From assembly GCA_043811375.1 (NCBI GenBank), contig JBDRNJ010000050.1, positions 1-41,481 of the forward strand: a DNA stretch of 41,481 nucleotides, read 5' to 3'. The notes under the pieces are model-generated. The model worked only from the letters and a program-made list of their open reading frames with translations, was not told the DNA's origin and made no database searches. Source of the stretch: a bacterium. Its GTDB lineage: Bacteria > Zixibacteria > MSB-5A5 > GN15 > FEB-12. Both the position numbers and the translations under genes were made by a program. This document shows positions 37,225-41,481 of this stretch, one piece after another; the stretch's first letter is position 1, and every line of letters begins with the position of its first letter.

Positions 37225-40200
37225 CGGAATTCGGTCCTGTCCGCAGCTGGCTGATGGCCCTGCTGGCTACGGCGATTTTAGTTTTAACCCTGGGTTACAC
37301 CTCGACTGAGGCGGCCACGACCACCATAACGTCGCTTCCGTACACAGCCTCTCAGGCCGGGAGCAACTTCAGCGAGACGCTGCTGGTGGCCGGGACCAAT
37401 CTGTCGACCGGCGGCTCCGGTATCAACGTCACCGGTCACGACATTGTCATCTATCTGGTCAACGATACCATCACATTCGGTACCGACAACGGTGACAGCC
37501 ACTACGGGATTCGTCTGTACTACAGCGCCTACAACATCAGGATCATCGGCGGCACCATCTATCATGGCGGGACCGGTGATCGCAATGTCTGTCTCAAGCC
37601 GGTGGGAGTCAATGATGTCCTAATAGACGGCACCAACATGCGAGTGGCCGGCAGCAACGGTCACTGCCTGTATTGTCCCTCGGTGGGTGAGCCGGGTAAT
37701 TATAATGTCGAAGTTTCCGGCGGCCACTACCGTAGCGACGTAACCGGCTACTCCAGCCGCTGTAACTACGACGCGGCCGCTATCTGGCTGGGGTCCACCT
37801 ATGCCGGTGAAGGTGACTACCACTACAAGGCGCACGGTCTGAAACTGATTACCGGACCCTCGCAGGGGCTGATTGTTTCCGGACGCGACGGCGGTAATGA
37901 AGCGCTGGTGTTTGTCTATGAATGCAGTCTGCAGTCTGATGCCCGCAACGATTTCTACACCAGCGGCGATATCACCTGTCGGTCAGCCGCCAACCCCTAT
38001 CAGATCATGGGCAACCGTCTGGCCGGCGGCAGTGAAATACACGACAATGTCATCACCAGTGGAACCAATTACGGCGGTTCCCGGGGGATGATATTCGAGA
38101 TGTGTTCCGGCACGCCGGAGAATCCGGTTAAGATATTCAACAACCATGTCGACGTCCACGAAGGCCCCAACCTGGAGGTGCCGCAGGGCAACGTACAGGT
38201 GCTGCGCATCAGGTTCGGCAACAAGTACCTGCACGTATACGACAACGTCTTTATCGGTCGCGGCAGTACCGGCCTGGGGTCCAGTTACGGAAATCAGGTG
38301 AGCTGTATGCGCATCACCGCTACCGACGAAGAAGGACATGTCCCCGACCATGGCATCGTGGTAGAACGAAACCTGTTTAGGGCCGAGGCGCTCAGCGATG
38401 GTGTCAACGCGCTGGCCGGTGTCTTCGAGGGTTTTGCAGATATCGGCAATATCTTCCGCTACAACCGTTTTGAGAGTTCCGGCGATATCATCTGTTTTGG
38501 TGAAAACAACCATGGCGCCCACGGTGTCATGCTGTACGCCGACACCCTGGTCCGTCTGTCGCCCAGTTACGATCCCAGGACGGTGGTGGTCGGCTGGCGA
38601 AACTACTTCCACGCTACCGCTGATACCCTGCGTGACTGTGTTTACCTGGGTGGTGCCTCCGACGGTAACATTGTTTTTGATGAAGACCGCTCCGACTACC
38701 GTCTGGAGAGAACACTCTCGATCCGGGTCAACGGCAACAACTCCCTGCCGGTACCGCAGACGCAGGTAACGGTTGTCGATGCTTATGGGCACACTGTCCT
38801 GAACGGCGTCACTAATTCTCTCGGCGTTGTCTCCGGGCCGGCTTCCTACCGTTGGGAACAGCACACCGGAGATGATTCGATGAGTTACAACGATTTCGCC
38901 GTCAAGGCCAAAAAAGGCAGCGACAGCACGCTGCTGACGATTATCGTATCTGCCGGTTCAGCTTCTCCCACGCTCGTCCTGACCAACACCGCCGGAGAGG
39001 AACCGAGTGAGGATACCACGCCACCCGGGGCTATCAACAGCCTTGATGCCGTACCCGGAACCCTGACGGGACAGATTGAGCTGACCTGGACGGCACCCGG
39101 CGACGACGGTTACAGCGGTACGGCTAGCCGGTACGATATCCGCTATTCCCTCTCTCCTATTAATGAGACGAACTGGTCGGCTGCTACTGCGGCGGCCAAT
39201 CCGCCTTCTCCCTCACCGGCCGGCAGCACTGAGAGTTTCACACTCACCGGACTTCAAAAGGGACGAATCTATTATGTGGCCATCAAGACTTTCGATGATG
39301 CAGATCTCGTATCAGGTCTCTCGAACGTGGCCCAGGCCTATGCGGGCGGTATCGTGGCCCCGACAGTGACCGGCACCACCGTCAATGAGAGTTCCGGTCT
39401 GGTAACGACAGAATGCTCGACAGTGTCGTCCTACCTGCCCCTCACTTATGAGTTTGCTCTGGACACGGTGGTAACCTTTCCCGACGCCAGGTTGGCGACC
39501 GGGGAAGTGTCCGGATCGACTGTCTCTACTTCGTTTGACAATCTGACCAACGGTGCCACCTATTATTGGCGTTGTCGAGCAGTGGTTGTCGCCGGCAGCC
39601 ACCAGAGTGACTGGTCTTCCATCGTGACGTTTGTCTTGAGCGAAGGCAACAACCCTCCCGGACCGCCGACGCACCTGTCGCCGCTGGACGGGGATACGGC
39701 TACAGCGGAGCCGATAGTGTTGTGGGTAACTAATGCCATTGATATCGATGATGACATACTCACCTACGACTTCTGGATCAGCAGCGAGGCTTCATTTGCA
39801 ACAGTGCTGGATTCGGCCATGAATGTCAGCGCCGGTGCGTCACAGACGTCGGCTATCATCAACGGTCTCCAGCCGCAGGACGGTCAAAGATACTATTGGC
39901 GCTGTCGTGCCGGAGACGGTACCACTTACAGCAGCGTGACGACGCCGACATCATTTGTGTGGGTCAGTCTCTCAACGGGTGAGGATGAATACATTACCAG
40001 TCTGAGCAAGCCGGCCGATGGAGCCCTGGTCCTTACCGATCGCCCAACGCTGGCAACGGCCAACGTCGATGATACCCGGGATAACTACTACACCTTTCAG
40101 GTCGCTACCGATGCTGGTTTTTCTAACGTTGTTATAACTTCAGATACGATCTCCGAACGCGCCAACGGGGTGACCAAGTGGAAAATACCCGATCCCCTCC

Positions 40201-40529
40201 AAGCCGGCCGAACGTATTACTGGCGAGCGCGTGCCGATGACTACGATTACTCGGCTGTCAGCAGTTTCACGGTTGATGTGCGCATCTTTGCTTCGCCCAA
40301 CCCGGTCTATTTCCGGCGGGGCCAGGTCGTTACTTTCCACATGCCCGAGACAGCGGTCGATTTGCTGATCCAGACCATCTCCGGCGAGATGGTGCGACTG
40401 GAACGGGAACTTACCGGTGACTGGGCCTGGAGCGGCACCAATAGCGCCGGGCTGCCGGTGGCGACCGGCATCTACCTCTGGTATGTTCCGGGAACGTCGC
40501 ACAAAGGCAAGATAGTCGTAAAACCATAA
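37221..40529 (+). CDS. Large secreted protein: right-handed beta-helix (pectin-lyase-like) region, FN3/Ig-like repeats and FlgD/T9SS-like CTD
   Basis: Signal peptide; Asn/Gly-rich beta-helix turns; 'DTTPPG.I..L....LTWTAPGDDG..GTA..YDIRYS' FN3; three 'YYWR.RA' repeats; 'PNPV...W.G.N..G..VATGIYL' CTD. Confidence 0.82.
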   Translation: MTEFGPVRSWLMALLATAILVLTLGYTSTEAATTTITSLPYTASQAGSNFSETLLVAGTNLSTGGSGINVTGHDIVIYLVNDTITFGTDNGDSHYGIRLYYSAYNIRIIGGTIYHGGTGDRNVCLKPVGVNDVLIDGTNMRVAGSNGHCLYCPSVGEPGNYNVEVSGGHYRSDVTGYSSRCNYDAAAIWLGSTYAGEGDYHYKAHGLKLITGPSQGLIVSGRDGGNEALVFVYECSLQSDARNDFYTSGDITCRSAANPYQIMGNRLAGGSEIHDNVITSGTNYGGSRGMIFEMCSGTPENPVKIFNNHVDVHEGPNLEVPQGNVQVLRIRFGNKYLHVYDNVFIGRGSTGLGSSYGNQVSCMRITATDEEGHVPDHGIVVERNLFRAEALSDGVNALAGVFEGFADIGNIFRYNRFESSGDIICFGENNHGAHGVMLYADTLVRLSPSYDPRTVVVGWRNYFHATADTLRDCVYLGGASDGNIVFDEDRSDYRLERTLSIRVNGNNSLPVPQTQVTVVDAYGHTVLNGVTNSLGVVSGPASYRWEQHTGDDSMSYNDFAVKAKKGSDSTLLTIIVSAGSASPTLVLTNTAGEEPSEDTTPPGAINSLDAVPGTLTGQIELTWTAPGDDGYSGTASRYDIRYSLSPINETNWSAATAAANPPSPSPAGSTESFTLTGLQKGRIYYVAIKTFDDADLVSGLSNVAQAYAGGIVAPTVTGTTVNESSGLVTTECSTVSSYLPLTYEFALDTVVTFPDARLATGEVSGSTVSTSFDNLTNGATYYWRCRAVVVAGSHQSDWSSIVTFVLSEGNNPPGPPTHLSPLDGDTATAEPIVLWVTNAIDIDDDILTYDFWISSEASFATVLDSAMNVSAGASQTSAIINGLQPQDGQRYYWRCRAGDGTTYSSVTTPTSFVWVSLSTGEDEYITSLSKPADGALVLTDRPTLATANVDDTRDNYYTFQVATDAGFSNVVITSDTISERANGVTKWKIPDPLQAGRTYYWRARADDYDYSAVSSFTVDVRIFASPNPVYFRRGQVVTFHMPETAVDLLIQTISGEMVRLERELTGDWAWSGTNSAGLPVATGIYLWYVPGTSHKGKIVVKP

Positions 40530-40556
40530 ACTGAATCGACATCCGGGCACAATATC

Positions 40557-40590
40557 GGGCAGCCGCGACACCATCGGCCGCCCTTTTTTT
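40557..40590 (+). terminator. Rho-independent terminator
   Basis: GGGCAGCCG-loop-CGGCCGCCC followed by T7, 28 nt after the 40529 stop. A second hairpin follows at ~40591-40622, between the convergent genes. Confidence 0.75.
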
Positions 40591-40678
40591 ATGGGACCCA
40601 TTTTACGAAGTTGGGTTCCCATGGATCTGAAATGCTGACCGGATTTTTCAGGTTACCCTTAGCTTCTACCTTATATCC

Positions 40679-41464
40679 CTACAGCACCGGCGCACACGTG
40701 GGTGCAGGGCCACCCTGAAACAGATAAGCAACCAGGTACGTCAAGTCGCCGACCGTGATTTGGTAATCCCCGTCCACATTGGCTGACCACACGGATGGCG
40801 GCGTGGGTCCATGGTCAAACAGGAATGCGACAAGAAACGTTAAGTCTCCAACATCGGGACGGGTCACGCTACCGTCGATGTCACCACATGAATAACCCAC
40901 TTTGAAGCAGTGGGGTCCGTCCCACTGTGGTTTGACGAAGCCACCACCCACTGGCCACCATCCCCACACGAATGAATTACAATATGATCCTACAGAGCTA
41001 TCAATACAAATGGTGTTACCAAGGGAATCGCTACCAGTTTCTATATACCAGACTTGTTGGTCAAAGCCAACAGGCAACCCGGTGCTCCCTGTCGTATCAA
41101 TACCGACAAAGTGTATGGTATCCCCACCATAGCCATCGGAATTGCATTCTTCCAAATATGCATACGTGAACATGCTTGACCAGTCAATTGACAACGTGTC
41201 ACAGGTAGGTGCGATGAATGGATCGCTATTTCTTTGGTAAATGCTGAATGGATTGCTGACAATGTACAGAGCTTGTGTCCCGGATGTGTGTGTGAGCCTA
41301 AAGGTAAGTCGGATCGTGTCACCCGGTGGGATGAAAGAATCTATGACGACAGTGCCACCGTTTGATATGTTGACTATTTCATCAAGAGTTATCTCATCCA
41401 CAGCCTGAGTTGATCCAAACACAAACACAAGAATCAAGAACACAATCAATGATCTACGCTTCAT
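40679..41464 (-). CDS. Secreted protein with beta-sandwich (cohesin-like) domain and C-terminal dockerin-like domain
   Basis: Signal peptide; duplicated EF-hand-like repeats 'CGDIDGS....DVGDLTFLVAFLF' and 'ANVDGD..ITVGDLTYLVAYLF.GGPAP.C'. GGGGAG RBS. Confidence 0.82.
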   Translation of the reverse strand: MKRRSLIVFLILVFVFGSTQAVDEITLDEIVNISNGGTVVIDSFIPPGDTIRLTFRLTHTSGTQALYIVSNPFSIYQRNSDPFIAPTCDTLSIDWSSMFTYAYLEECNSDGYGGDTIHFVGIDTTGSTGLPVGFDQQVWYIETGSDSLGNTICIDSSVGSYCNSFVWGWWPVGGGFVKPQWDGPHCFKVGYSCGDIDGSVTRPDVGDLTFLVAFLFDHGPTPPSVWSANVDGDYQITVGDLTYLVAYLFQGGPAPTCAPVL

Positions 41465-41481
41465 AACAACACTCCCCTTCA

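Noticed and set aside
14388..38864. Long antisense or alternative-frame ORFs (e.g. 14388..15389 +, 36028..36975 -, 37983..38864 -, 19137..19799 -)
   Set aside because: They fully overlap well-supported genes on the opposite strand, have no recognisable motifs, and are expected shadows in GC-rich coding DNA.

Overview
Bacterial chromosomal window. It is probably from candidate phylum Zixibacteria or a close FCB-group relative; this is inferred from 'QNYPNPFN' T9SS/FlgD-type C-terminal domains and a 'CGDIDG...GDLTYLVAYLF.GGPAP.C' dockerin-like tail. Left to right: (1) an AT-richer row of small accessory genes downstream of mnmE (1-2352); (2) the rpmH-rnpA-yidD-yidC-mnmE operon on the minus strand; (3) a 1402-bp IS1202-family (ISNCY) element with a frameshifted transposase, inserted right next to the rpmH -35 box with a 16-bp target duplication; (4) an ECF sigma / anti-sigma / YbjQ operon and a secreted protein; (5) a two-gene islet, TIR-domain protein plus family-6 UDG (hypoxanthine-DNA glycosylase); (6) two large CTD-bearing secreted proteins (beta-propeller and S8 protease); (7) a ~17-kb surface-polysaccharide modification cluster: AsnB, ACP, LbH acyltransferase, two SGNH proteins, flippase, two CapK-like adenylating enzymes, Wzy/WaaL-like protein, a Cys-less AsnB-like ligase and four glycosyltransferases; (8) a deacetylase-like protein, a beta-helix/FN3 surface protein and a dockerin-like protein. 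The most notable unannotated signals are: three co-oriented GTAG-type REP copies, each directly behind a stop codon and in front of accessory genes; the TIR + glycosylase islet, a candidate defence module with an attC-like/palindromic leader; a 31-bp palindrome-rich element shared between 12196 and 35591; and a possible ACP-dependent glycan amidation/acylation pathway. All functional calls come from motif recognition by eye; no searches were run.
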